A stretch of 26,690 nt of DNA from an uncultured Oscillospiraceae bacterium (GTDB lineage: Bacteria; Bacillota; Clostridia; Oscillospirales; Oscillospiraceae): NCBI GenBank assembly GCA_944385815.1, contig CALWYQ010000066.1, forward strand, positions 1-26,690, given 5' to 3'. This document shows positions 8,320 through 16,327 of this stretch, one piece after another (the stretch's first letter is position 1; the number at the start of each line of letters is the position of its first letter). The notes under the pieces are model-generated. The model searched no databases and was not told the origin of the DNA. It saw only the letters and a program-made list of their open reading frames with translations. The translations under genes were made by a program, and so were the position numbers.

Positions 8320-8417
8320 TTTCATCCTCCTATGTTCTGATTTTAATGTCGGACGCCCGCGCGCTTATATCCATGGGCGGGCCGGACGCCGACCGACATC
8401 CTTGCTTGCGCCGCGCC

Positions 8418-9374
8418 TCAGCCGGCGGAGCCGGCCAGGTGGCAGGCGACAAAGTGGTTTGGCCCGAGCTCCCTCAGCTCCGGCGTAGTCTCCCGGCACA
8501 GGTCCGTCGCATGGGGGCAGCGGCTTGCGAAGCGGCAGCCGGGGCCGGGGTTTATCGGGGAGGAGAGCTCGCCCTTGATTATTATCCTCTCGCGCTTAGC
8601 GTGGATGGACGGGATGGGTATGGCCGAGAGCAGGGCTTTGGTGTAGGGATGCAGGCTGTTGGTAAAGAGCTCCTTCGCAGGGGCCTTTTCAACAAGCTGG
8701 CCGAGATACATGACGCAAATGTGCTGCGAGATGTGCCTCACGACGGAGAGGTCGTGGGTTATGAACATGAGCGTCAGGCCGAGCTCGGCCTGCAGCTCCT
8801 GCAGCAGGTTGAGTATCTGAGCCTGGATGCTGACGTCGAGGGCGGAAACCGGCTCGTCGCAGACTATGAAGTTAGGGCCGAGGCAGAGGGCGCGGGCTAT
8901 GCCTATGCGTTGGCGCCGGCCGCCGTCGAACTCGTGCGGGTAGCTGTTTATGTTCCTCTGCGCGAGGCCGACCAGGTCCATGAGCTCGGAGATGCGGCGG
9001 CTGTACTCCTCCCGGGACCTGGTCACGCGGAAAATGCGCAGCGGCTCGCCGATAATCTCGCCCACGGTCATGCGCGGGTTGAGCGAGGAGAAGGGGTCCT
9101 GGAAGATTATCTGCATCTTCCTGCGCAGCTCCTTGAGCTCCCTGCCGCGCACGTTCGTTATGTCCTTCCCCTCAAAAAACACCTGGCCGCCGGTGGGCTC
9201 AAGAAGGTGGAGTATGGTCCGGCCGAGCGTGGACTTGCCGCAGCCGCTCTCGCCGACGATGCCGAGGGTCTCGCCCTGCTCTATCTGGAGGCTCACGTCC
9301 TCAACGGCGTGCAGGAAGCCCTTAGGCGTTTTAAAATATTTTTGGAGCTTTTTTGTTTCCAGAATCACTGACAT
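8418..9374 (-). CDS. ABC transporter ATP-binding protein (DppF/OppF-like).
   Basis: Walker A GESGCGKST, signature-like FDGGRRQRIGIARAL, Walker B FIVCDEPVSALD, and the C-terminal oligopeptide-transporter extension with CRFASRCPHATDLC. Confidence 0.93.
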   Translation of the reverse strand: MSVILETKKLQKYFKTPKGFLHAVEDVSLQIEQGETLGIVGESGCGKSTLGRTILHLLEPTGGQVFFEGKDITNVRGRELKELRRKMQIIFQDPFSSLNPRMTVGEIIGEPLRIFRVTRSREEYSRRISELMDLVGLAQRNINSYPHEFDGGRRQRIGIARALCLGPNFIVCDEPVSALDVSIQAQILNLLQELQAELGLTLMFITHDLSVVRHISQHICVMYLGQLVEKAPAKELFTNSLHPYTKALLSAIPIPSIHAKRERIIIKGELSSPINPGPGCRFASRCPHATDLCRETTPELRELGPNHFVACHLAGSAG

Positions 9375-9428
9375 GGCAACCCCTCATTCCGCCGGCAGCC
9401 CGGCATGGTTTTGGTTTGGACGCCGCCC

Positions 9429-10409
9429 TTACAGCAGGCCCTCCTCGGCCAGCACGCACTTGACCAGATGCCCGGGAGCAACCTCGACCTGGGAGGGGTC
9501 GTGCGTCATGCAGATCTCCCTCGCCTGCGGGCAGCGGCCGCAGAAGCTGCAGCCCTCGGGGAGGTCTGCGGAATTGACGGCCGGGCCGGTGATGGGCTGG
9601 AGCCTTTCCACGTCCTTGTCAAGGCTGGGTATGGTTGCGAAGAGGCACTTGGTGTAGGGATGCGACGCGTGGTCGAAGATGTCCTCAAGCGTGCCGTACT
9701 CGACTATCTCGCCGGCATAGATCACGGCCACCCTGTCGCAGGTCTCGGCCACTACGCCGAGGTCGTGGGTTATGAGCAGCATGGAGGTGCCGGAGGCGTC
9801 CTTGAGCTCGCGGATGAGGTCCAGGACCTGCGCCTGGATGGTTACGTCGAGGGCGGTCGTGGGCTCGTCGGCTATCAGCAGCTTCGGGCTGCAGGCCAGG
9901 GCCATGGCGATGACGACGCGCTGCTTCATGCCGCCGGAGAACTGGTGCGGGTATTCCCCGGCGCGCTCCGGCTGTATGCCGACCTTCTTGAGTATCTCCT
10001 GCGCCTGCCTCGCGGCGTCAAGGCGGGAAACATGCCGGTGCAGGCGTATCAGCTCGGCTATCTGGGCGTCTACTCGCATGACGGGGTTGAGCGCGCTCAT
10101 CGGGTCCTGGAATATCATCGACACGTCGCGGCCGCGCACGGCGCGCATCTCCCTGGCGGAGAGCGAGGTTATATCCCTGCCGCCGAGCTCTATGCTGCCC
10201 TGGACTATCCTGCCCGTATTCTTGGGCAGGAGGGACATAATGGCGAGGGCTATCGTGGTTTTCCCGGCGCCGGTCTCGCCGACAAGGCCGAGGGTCTCGC
10301 CGCCGCGGATTTCAAAGGAGACGTTGTTCACCGCCTCCACGACAGCCTTGTGCGTCTCGTAGTGGACCACAAGGTTGCTTACCTTGAGCAGGACTTCATT
10401 GTTATCCAT
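9429..10409 (-). CDS. ABC transporter ATP-binding protein (DppD/OppD-like).
   Basis: Walker A GETGAGKTT, signature FSGGMKQRVVIAMAL, Walker B LLIADEPTTALD, and a C-terminal Cys-rich tail CSFCGRCPQAREIC. Confidence 0.93.
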   Translation of the reverse strand: MDNNEVLLKVSNLVVHYETHKAVVEAVNNVSFEIRGGETLGLVGETGAGKTTIALAIMSLLPKNTGRIVQGSIELGGRDITSLSAREMRAVRGRDVSMIFQDPMSALNPVMRVDAQIAELIRLHRHVSRLDAARQAQEILKKVGIQPERAGEYPHQFSGGMKQRVVIAMALACSPKLLIADEPTTALDVTIQAQVLDLIRELKDASGTSMLLITHDLGVVAETCDRVAVIYAGEIVEYGTLEDIFDHASHPYTKCLFATIPSLDKDVERLQPITGPAVNSADLPEGCSFCGRCPQAREICMTHDPSQVEVAPGHLVKCVLAEEGLL

Positions 10410-10430
10410 AGCATTCCTTTCTGCCAGCGC

Positions 10431-11348
10431 TCAGTTCTTCGAGCGCGGGTCGAAGGCGTCGCGCAGGCCGTCGCCGAAGAGGTTCAGCGCGAATACGGTA
10501 ATCATTATCATTACACCGGGGAACACGACTATGTACCACTTGTCCAGGCTGGTGATGTACTGCTTGGCCTGCGTGAGCATACAGCCCCATTCCGGAGTGG
10601 GGGGCGCGACGCCGAGTCCGATGAAGCTCAGCGCGGCCGCCGTGGTTATGCCGCCGGCCACATCCAGCGTGGCGCGGACGATTATGGGGCCGAGGGCGTT
10701 CGGGAACATGTGCCTGAGTATAAGCCTCGCCTTGCTCGCGCCTATGGCCCGGGCGGCCTCTATATACTCCTGGTCCTTTACGGTCAGTATCGCCGCGCGC
10801 ACCGTCCTCGAAAACGAGGGCACAAGGGCTATGGTTATGGCGATTATCAGGTTTGTCATGCCGGTGCCCAGCGCGGCGCAGATGGAGATGGCCAGCAGCG
10901 TGCCGGGGATGGACATGAACACGTCGCAGATGCGCATGATTACGTTGTCCGATACACCTCCGTTCACCGCGGAGAGGGAGCCGAGCAGGCCGCCTAACAG
11001 CAGGCTGCAGAGCATGGAGATGAGCCCGACGGAGAGCGAGATGCGCGTGCCGTAAACCACGCGGCTGAAGATATCGCGGCCGAGGTCGTCGGTGCCCATG
11101 GGGTGCTCCGCGCACGGGGCGATGAATATCCGGCTGTAGTCCTGGTCGTCATAGCCGTATCCGGCAAATGCCTGCGGGAAAAGCGCGAAAAGCACCAGGA
11201 TGAGTATTATCACAAGCCCGAATACGGCGGCGCGGTTGCGCGAGAGGCGGTAGGCGACCTCCGCCCACACGCCCACGGCCTTGTCCTGGCTCTTGTTTTT
11301 CTTCTTTTTGTTCAGGCGTTCCATCGCCTCGGTGTGCATTTTTGCCAC
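10431..11348 (-). CDS. ABC transporter permease (DppC/OppC-like).
   Basis: Multi-TM protein with the BPD_transp_1 EAA-type loop YIEAARAIGASKARLILRHMFPNA. The track start is a GTG at 11348, with GGGGGGA about 7 nt upstream. The ATG at 11339 (MHTEAM...) is the alternative. Confidence 0.88.
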   Translation of the reverse strand: MAKMHTEAMERLNKKKKNKSQDKAVGVWAEVAYRLSRNRAAVFGLVIILILVLFALFPQAFAGYGYDDQDYSRIFIAPCAEHPMGTDDLGRDIFSRVVYGTRISLSVGLISMLCSLLLGGLLGSLSAVNGGVSDNVIMRICDVFMSIPGTLLAISICAALGTGMTNLIIAITIALVPSFSRTVRAAILTVKDQEYIEAARAIGASKARLILRHMFPNALGPIIVRATLDVAGGITTAAALSFIGLGVAPPTPEWGCMLTQAKQYITSLDKWYIVVFPGVMIMITVFALNLFGDGLRDAFDPRSKN

Positions 11349-11395
11349 GATTCCATCCCCCCGTCACAATTTAATTTCCCAAGCCCGCGGCCCGC

Positions 11396-12346
11396 TCAGT
11401 CGGCGCGCTTTTTGCCGCGGCTGTACTGCGACTTGATGCGCGGGTCAACATAGGCGTATATGATGTCCACCAGCAGGTTTACAAGGCTGAACACGATCGC
11501 GAGCAGCAGCACCCCGCCCTGGACGACCGGGTAGTCGCGGTTTTTGATGCTGTCTACCATGTACTTGCCGAGGCCCGGGATCGAGAACACGGACTCGGTC
11601 AGGACGGCGCCGCCGAGCATGGTGCCCAGCTGTATGCCCACGACGGTGATTATGGGTATGAGCGCATTTTTGAGCGCGTGCTTGACAATTATTATCTTCT
11701 CGCTCAGGCCCTTGGCGCGGGCGGTGACTATGTAGTCCTGGCAGAGCACCTCCAACATGCTCGAGCGCGTCATGCGCGTTATCGTGGCCATGCCCACCAT
11801 GCTGGAGGTGAAGGCCGGCAGTATCCAGCCCGTCCATGTGTCCACGCCCGAGACAGGCAGCCATTTGAGGTAGATAGAAAACAGCAGTATCAGCATCATG
11901 CCCGCCCAGAACGCCGGCATGGAAACGCCGATAAGCGCAAAGCCCGTCGAAATGTGGTCTATGATGGTATTCTGCTTGACCGCCGATATTATGCCGAGCG
12001 TTATGCCCACCACCGTCGATATGATTATGCTCAGCAGGGCCAGCTTCGCCGTCGTGGGGAAGCGGTCCATGAGCTCGTCTATGACCGGGCGCTTCGTCTG
12101 ATAGGAGGTGCCGAGGTCAAAGCCGGTGACTATGCCCTTGACATAGTTGAAAAACTGCACGTACAGCGGGTCGTTGAGCCCCAGCTCCTCCTCAAGGGCG
12201 GCCACGGCCTCGTCCGTCGCGCCCTCGCCGGCAAGCAGCTCGGCGGGGTTGCCCGGTGAGATATGGTTCATTATGAACACGACAAGGATCACGCCAAGCA
12301 GCACCGGTATCATCATGAGGATACGCTTTCCGATGTATTTTGCCAT
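11396..12346 (-). CDS. ABC transporter permease (DppB/OppB-like); first gene of the operon.
   Basis: 316 aa. N-terminus MAKYIGKRILMMIPVLLGVILVVF. EAA-type loop YIVTARAKGLSEKIIIVKHALKNA. GAGGGGG SD upstream of the ATG at 12346. Confidence 0.92.
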   Translation of the reverse strand: MAKYIGKRILMMIPVLLGVILVVFIMNHISPGNPAELLAGEGATDEAVAALEEELGLNDPLYVQFFNYVKGIVTGFDLGTSYQTKRPVIDELMDRFPTTAKLALLSIIISTVVGITLGIISAVKQNTIIDHISTGFALIGVSMPAFWAGMMLILLFSIYLKWLPVSGVDTWTGWILPAFTSSMVGMATITRMTRSSMLEVLCQDYIVTARAKGLSEKIIIVKHALKNALIPIITVVGIQLGTMLGGAVLTESVFSIPGLGKYMVDSIKNRDYPVVQGGVLLLAIVFSLVNLLVDIIYAYVDPRIKSQYSRGKKRAD

Positions 12347-12553
12347 GCCTCTGCCCCCTCAGTCACGATTTCGCGTTTTAAAACGAATAATGCCTATAAT
12401 ATAGCACTGCGCCGGCGCGCGGAAAATCCTCAGAATTAAGATTATTTCTCCATTTTTAATGTATTTGCGGCAGACGGCTACGAGGGCCCCGGAGCCCTGT
12501 GACGGACGGGCTCAAAACAAGAAAAACCGGGGACTTAATCATAATTTTAAGGA

Positions 12554-12582
12554 TTTTTATCGCGGCATTAATTAGTTATAAT
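12554..12582 (+). promoter_or_regulatory. Candidate promoter for the GcvT-family gene.
   Basis: Exact TATAAT at 12577-12582 in an AT-rich stretch. The best -35 at a 17-nt spacing is only TTTTTA (12554-12559). This is a weak call. Confidence 0.3.
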
Positions 12583-12636
12583 TTCGTTAACAGGCAAGTG
12601 CAAAAGCGAAAAAACTTTCAATGGAGGATGATTATT

Positions 12637-13749
12637 ATGAAGCATACGCCATTCCATGTGAACCACGCGGCCGCGCAGGGGCAGTTCGGGCCCGTGGGCG
12701 AGTGGACCGTCCCGTCCTTCTATGCCGGAGCCGAGGCCGAGCACCGCGCCACGCGCGAGCGGGTCACGATGACGGACTTCAGCACCATGTGCAAATTTGA
12801 TTTCAAGGGCCCGGACGCCGCCGGCTTTTTGCAGAAGCTGCTGGTTAACAACGTCAACAAGCTCCGTCCCGGCAAGGCGCTCTATTCCGCCATGTGCAAC
12901 GAGGCCGGGGAGTTTGTGGACGACGTCACGCTCTACATGCTGGGCGAGGGGCACTACATACTCATCGGCGGCATCCCCGCAAGGGCAAGCGACTCGGCCT
13001 GGTTCCAGGCAAAGCAGGCCGAGTTCGGCTATAAGAGCGTTTATATCACGGACATAACCTCCGCCCTCGGCGTGCTCAGCGTGGCGGGGCCGTATTCGCG
13101 GGACACCTTCCGCAAGCTCTGCGACGGCCCGTTCACGCAGCTGAAGTTCTTCGAGTTCTGCGGCGTATGCATCGGCGGCCATGACTGCCTGCTCTCGCGC
13201 ACCGGCGTCACGGGCGAATTGGGCTATGAGATCATCGCCAACGCCGAGGACTGCCCGGACATCTGGGACGCCGTGCTTGAGGCCGGCGCGGAATTCGGCA
13301 TAATGCCCTGCGGCATGGCGGCCAGCGGCACGCTGCGCATGGAAAAGGGCTATATCTCCGGCAGGGAGTTCCTCGGCCATACCAACCCCTATGAGATGGG
13401 GCTCGGCTGGTCCGTCGCGCTGGATACGGACTTCATAGGCCGCGAGGCCCTGCGCAGCGTCCGCGACGCCGGCCCGGCCAGGAAGCTCTGCGCGCTGAAA
13501 ATGCCGGACAGGGGCATCGTGGCCCCGGCGCAGGCCGAGGTCGTTGCGGACGGCGCCGTGATTGGCAGGGTGACCAGCTCCGCGTGGCTGCCGACGCTGG
13601 ATATCAGCTATGCGATGACCATAATCCCGGCCGAATACGCCGTGCCCGGCACCCGGGTGTCCGTAAAGCTCCCCGAGGCCGGAATTGTCGAGGCCGAGGT
13701 CGTTGAGAAGAACCTCTACGACCCCTCCGGCTCGCGCATAAAGGGCTGA
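12637..13749 (+). CDS. Aminomethyltransferase-family (GcvT fold, folate-binding) protein, standing alone without gcvH/gcvP.
   Basis: 370 aa from the ATG at 12637 (MKHTPFHVNHAA...), with GGAGG at 12623-12627 and a 9-nt spacing. The GcvT-family pattern includes TPFH, MTDFSTMCKFDFKGPDA..FLQKLL.N, LSRTGVTGELGYEI and RMEKGY. The track GTG start at 12499 would extend through the AT-rich promoter region. Confidence 0.88.
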   Translation: MKHTPFHVNHAAAQGQFGPVGEWTVPSFYAGAEAEHRATRERVTMTDFSTMCKFDFKGPDAAGFLQKLLVNNVNKLRPGKALYSAMCNEAGEFVDDVTLYMLGEGHYILIGGIPARASDSAWFQAKQAEFGYKSVYITDITSALGVLSVAGPYSRDTFRKLCDGPFTQLKFFEFCGVCIGGHDCLLSRTGVTGELGYEIIANAEDCPDIWDAVLEAGAEFGIMPCGMAASGTLRMEKGYISGREFLGHTNPYEMGLGWSVALDTDFIGREALRSVRDAGPARKLCALKMPDRGIVAPAQAEVVADGAVIGRVTSSAWLPTLDISYAMTIIPAEYAVPGTRVSVKLPEAGIVEAEVVEKNLYDPSGSRIKG

Positions 13750-13771
13750 AGGGCCGCGTAAAAACGCAGGC

Positions 13772-13822
13772 GCCCCGGCCCCGGGCGGCAAGATTGCCGT
13801 CCGGAGGCCGGGGCATTTTTTA
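13772..13822 (+). terminator. Strong intrinsic terminator after the GcvT-family gene.
   Basis: GCCCCGGCC (13772-13780) pairs with GGCCGGGGC (13806-13814). The inner stem continues to a 4-nt loop (13791-13794), giving about 19 bp in total. It is followed by ATTTTTT (13815-13821). Confidence 0.88.
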
Positions 13823-13840
13823 CGGGGTGAATTTCCCCGC

Positions 13841-13869
13841 TGTTATTTTTCCTGCGGCTGTGCTATAAT
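13841..13869 (+). promoter_or_regulatory. Extended -10 promoter for the GH13 gene.
   Basis: TGcTATAAT at 13861-13869 (TG at 13861-62, TATAAT at 13864-69). The -35 is poor (TGTTAT, 13841-46), which is acceptable for extended -10 promoters. Confidence 0.55.
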
Positions 13870-13902
13870 GCTTTCACCTTTGACATGCACGGGAGGTGCG
13901 GT

Positions 13903-15207
13903 ATGTGGTACAATAACAGCGTTTTTTATCAGATATACCCTCTGGGCTTCTGCGGCGCGCCGCGCGAGAACGACGGGGCGCTCTCTCACAGGCTCCTGAA
14001 GGTGGCCGAGTGGGCGCCGTACATAGCCTCGCTCGGCTGCGGCGCGCTCTATCTCGGCCCGGTTTTTGAAAGCGACCGGCACGGCTACGACACGCGCGAT
14101 TACCGCCGCGTAGACTGCCGCCTCGGCGACAACGCCGATTTGGCCGACGTCGTAAGCGTCCTGCACGCCAACGGCGTGCGCGTCGTGCTCGACGGCGTGT
14201 TCAACCACGTCGGGCGCGGCTTCTGGGCCTTCCGCGACGTGCAGGAGAAAAAGTGGGATTCGCCGTATAAGGACTGGTTCCATATAGATTTCGGCGGGAA
14301 TTCCAACTATAACGACGGCTTCTGGTACGAGGGCTGGGAGGGGCATTACGAGCTTGTGAAGCTCAACCTCCAGAACGGCGCCGTTGTGGATTACCTGCTC
14401 GACACCGTGAGGAGCTGGGTCGCGCTCTACGACATAGACGGCCTGCGCCTCGACGTGGCCTACTGCCTCGACAAGGGCTTCCTCGCCCGGCTGCGGGAGC
14501 TTGCCGACACGCTCAAGCCGGAGTTCTTCCTCCTCGGCGAAACCCTCCACGGCGACTACAACCAGTGGCTCTCGACACTCCACTCCTGCACCAATTACGA
14601 GTGCTACAAGGGCCTCTACTCGAGCATGAACGACCTGAACCTCTTTGAGATAGGGCACAGCATAAAGCGCCAGTACGGCTCAGAGCCCTGGGCGCTCTAT
14701 CGCGGGAGGCAGCTATTTAACTTTGTGGACAACCACGACGTCACGCGCGTTGCGAGCATACTGCGCGACAGGCGCGAGCTGCCGGTCATCTACGGCCTGC
14801 TCTTCGCCATGCCCGGCATCCCCTGCGTTTACTACGGCAGCGAGTGGGGCGCCGAGGGCAGCAAGAGCGACGGGGACGACGCCCTGCGCCCGGACTTCGA
14901 GCGGCCGTGTGAAAACGGCCTCTCCCGCCTGATAAGCGCCTACGCAAGGGCGCGGCGCGGCTCGGCGGCGCTCTGCGAGGGCGATTACGCCGAGGTGCTG
15001 CTCACGAACCGGCAGTATATTTTCCAGCGGCAGTTGGGCGGCGAGCGCGTCCTGTGCGCCTTCAACGCCGGCAGCGAGCCCTATACGGCGCACTTCAACG
15101 CCGGCTGCGGCCGCGCCGTTGACCTCGTAACCGGCGAGGGGCACGACTTCGGCGGCGGGAGCCTGCTCCCGCCCTACAGCGCGAGCTACTGGCTCTGCGA
15201 AAAATAA
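13903..15207 (+). CDS. Glycoside hydrolase family 13 (alpha-amylase superfamily), no signal peptide.
   Basis: All four GH13 conserved regions are present: DGVFNHVG, GLRLDVAYC, LLGETLHG, FVDNHDV. I prefer the ATG at 13903 (MWYNNSVFYQIYP) because GGGAGG (13891-96) lies 6 nt upstream. The track start at 13885 is unlikely. Confidence 0.9.
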   Translation: MWYNNSVFYQIYPLGFCGAPRENDGALSHRLLKVAEWAPYIASLGCGALYLGPVFESDRHGYDTRDYRRVDCRLGDNADLADVVSVLHANGVRVVLDGVFNHVGRGFWAFRDVQEKKWDSPYKDWFHIDFGGNSNYNDGFWYEGWEGHYELVKLNLQNGAVVDYLLDTVRSWVALYDIDGLRLDVAYCLDKGFLARLRELADTLKPEFFLLGETLHGDYNQWLSTLHSCTNYECYKGLYSSMNDLNLFEIGHSIKRQYGSEPWALYRGRQLFNFVDNHDVTRVASILRDRRELPVIYGLLFAMPGIPCVYYGSEWGAEGSKSDGDDALRPDFERPCENGLSRLISAYARARRGSAALCEGDYAEVLLTNRQYIFQRQLGGERVLCAFNAGSEPYTAHFNAGCGRAVDLVTGEGHDFGGGSLLPPYSASYWLCEK

Positions 15208-15214
15208 ATAAAAA

Positions 15215-15248
15215 CCGCGGGCGGGAAGACGTCTCTTCCCGCCCGCGG
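15215..15248. terminator. Bidirectional intrinsic terminator between the convergent GH13 and membrane-protein genes.
   Basis: Perfect 15-bp stem CCGCGGGCGGGAAGA / TCTTCCCGCCCGCGG with the 4-nt loop CGTC. It is flanked by an A-rich run on the left (15201-15214, a U-tract for the minus transcript) and CCTTTTC on the right. Confidence 0.88.
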
Positions 15249-15253
15249 CCTTT

Positions 15254-15667
15254 TCAGCTCTGCGCGAACATGAGACAGACCTTTGCAAAATCCGGGCAGG
15301 TCTCCGGCTTTACAAAGCGCCTCGCGCGGCGGAGATATTTGAATGCGTTGCGCCCGCGGACATTAAGCTGCTCCACGGAGAGGCCGAAGGCCATTATCGC
15401 GCCGGATATAAAGCCGCCGGCGGCGAATTCGCCGCCGAAGTAAAGCTCAAGCGCCGCGGCGCCGAGGCAGAGCGCGGCCCGGCAGGCAAATTCAATGCCG
15501 AAGCTCAGGCCTATGCGCGCGCGTTTTATGCCCCCGGGGAAAAGCCTGCCGAGCCGCCTTGTCAGCGGCACGTAGCAGAAGAGGACCAGCAGCGCGCCGA
15601 AGCCCACGAAAAAATACACGACGGCCCCGACAAGGAACATCGCCGCCATCAACAGCAGATTAAGCAC
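15254..15667 (-). CDS. Hypothetical small integral membrane protein.
   Basis: 137 aa with about four hydrophobic segments (for example LLLMAAMFLVGAVVYFFVGFGALLVLFCYV and GGFISGAIMAFGL). GTG start at 15667 with AGGGGG 6 nt upstream. No family recognised. Confidence 0.6.
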   Translation of the reverse strand: MLNLLLMAAMFLVGAVVYFFVGFGALLVLFCYVPLTRRLGRLFPGGIKRARIGLSFGIEFACRAALCLGAAALELYFGGEFAAGGFISGAIMAFGLSVEQLNVRGRNAFKYLRRARRFVKPETCPDFAKVCLMFAQS

Positions 15668-15952
15668 AGTACGCCCCCTAAAATCCGGCGGCTTCCGCGC
15701 AGAATGCGCGTCGCCCCGCCGCGGCGATAGATACAGCTGCCTCGTTGCCGTCCATGTGCTTCAGCTGAAGATGCAATTACATATTCACCTGTTTTGTAAC
15801 GGTTTTAGCCGATATCCGCCCGGATGCTGCAATAATCAGCGGATACCGGCGCATTATTTTACCTTTCGTGCCGGGCGCGCGAGAGCAGGTCCGGCAGATC
15901 GCATGCACAGTATATCACAAAATGCTCCATTTGTCTATGGAAATAGACGTTA

Positions 15953-15981
15953 TTGGCTCTCTTTTCCCGTAAAATTATATA
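15953..15981 (+). promoter_or_regulatory. Candidate promoter for the XRE regulator gene.
   Basis: TTGGCT (15953-58), 17-nt spacer, TATATA (15976-81). The inverted repeat GTCTAT-ggaa-ATAGAC (15933-15948) lies immediately upstream. Confidence 0.4.
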
Positions 15982-16007
15982 AATTTGGGAAAAATGAGGT
16001 GATTACA

Positions 16008-16271
16008 ATGAAACTTGACAGACGGGCCGCCGGCCGGGTCATACGCAGCCTGAGGCGCTCGCGGAAGCTGTCCCAGGATGTGCTCAGCGGCCTTGCGGGG
16101 ATTGCGCGCACGCATCTTTCGATGATAGAGACCGGCTCGAAGCAGCCGAACTTTGAGACGCTCTGGAAGCTTTCGGGGGCTCTCGATATCCGGCCCAGCG
16201 AATTGGTGGGGCTCATCGAGCTCGAGTGCGAAAAGGCGGAGGCTGAGGAGCGCGGCTACGAAGGCGCTTGA
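16008..16271 (+). CDS. XRE-family helix-turn-helix transcriptional regulator.
   Basis: 87 aa: MKLDRRAAGRVIRSLRRSRKLSQDVLSGLAGIARTHLSMIETGSKQPNFETLWKLSGALDIRPSELV..., which fits the HTH_3 pattern. GAGGTG (15996-16001) lies 6 nt upstream of the ATG at 16008. The upstream part of track ORF 15756.. is non-coding. Confidence 0.85.
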   Translation: MKLDRRAAGRVIRSLRRSRKLSQDVLSGLAGIARTHLSMIETGSKQPNFETLWKLSGALDIRPSELVGLIELECEKAEAEERGYEGA

Positions 16272-16296
16272 ATTATGCCCTGCCGGGTGCTACAAT
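16268..16296 (+). promoter_or_regulatory. Promoter for the GNAT gene, overlapping the XRE stop codon.
   Basis: TTGAAT (16268-73), 17-nt spacer containing the TG extension (16288-89), then TACAAT (16291-96). Confidence 0.6.
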
Positions 16297-16327
16297 AGGG
16301 CATATTCGCAAAAAAGGACGTGTTTTT

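Noticed and set aside
8346-8399. Imperfect nested inverted repeats (ATGTCGG/CCGACAT and GCCCGC/GCGGGC) and a CGGACGCC direct repeat between the ATPase and SBP genes.
   Set aside because: The pairing requires a large asymmetric internal loop and has no U-tract. This is insufficient to call a terminator, attenuator or repeat-element family.
3933-11055. Long + strand ORFs 3933..5456, 5482..7071, 7981..8340, 8346..9371, 9405..10997 and 10375..11055, plus assorted 60-240-aa ORFs on either strand.
   Set aside because: All overlap, on the opposite strand or out of frame, with the M24, SBP, ATPase and permease genes, which carry clear family motifs. Their products are Arg/Ala/Gly/Pro-rich without motifs.
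12423-12437. CodY-box-like sequence (reverse strand AATTCTGAGGATTTT) upstream of the peptide importer.
   Set aside because: Only 10 of 15 positions match the AATTTTCWGAAAATT consensus. That is too weak to call without comparative or binding data.
12499-12636. GTG-initiated 46-codon extension of the GcvT-family ORF.
   Set aside because: It runs through AT-rich intergenic DNA including a TATAAT box. The ATG at 12637 is preceded by GGAGG, and the protein family starts near MKHTPF.
12568-14658. Minus-strand ORFs 12568..13791 (407 aa) and 13843..14658 (271 aa).
   Set aside because: They are antisense to the GcvT-family and GH13 genes. The first also runs straight through the strong terminator hairpin at 13772-13814. 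No motifs were found.
15756-16007. Upstream 84 codons of track ORF 15756..16271.
   Set aside because: The codon usage is non-coding-looking and the stretch contains the candidate promoter and operator repeats. The XRE domain begins at the SD-preceded ATG at 16008.
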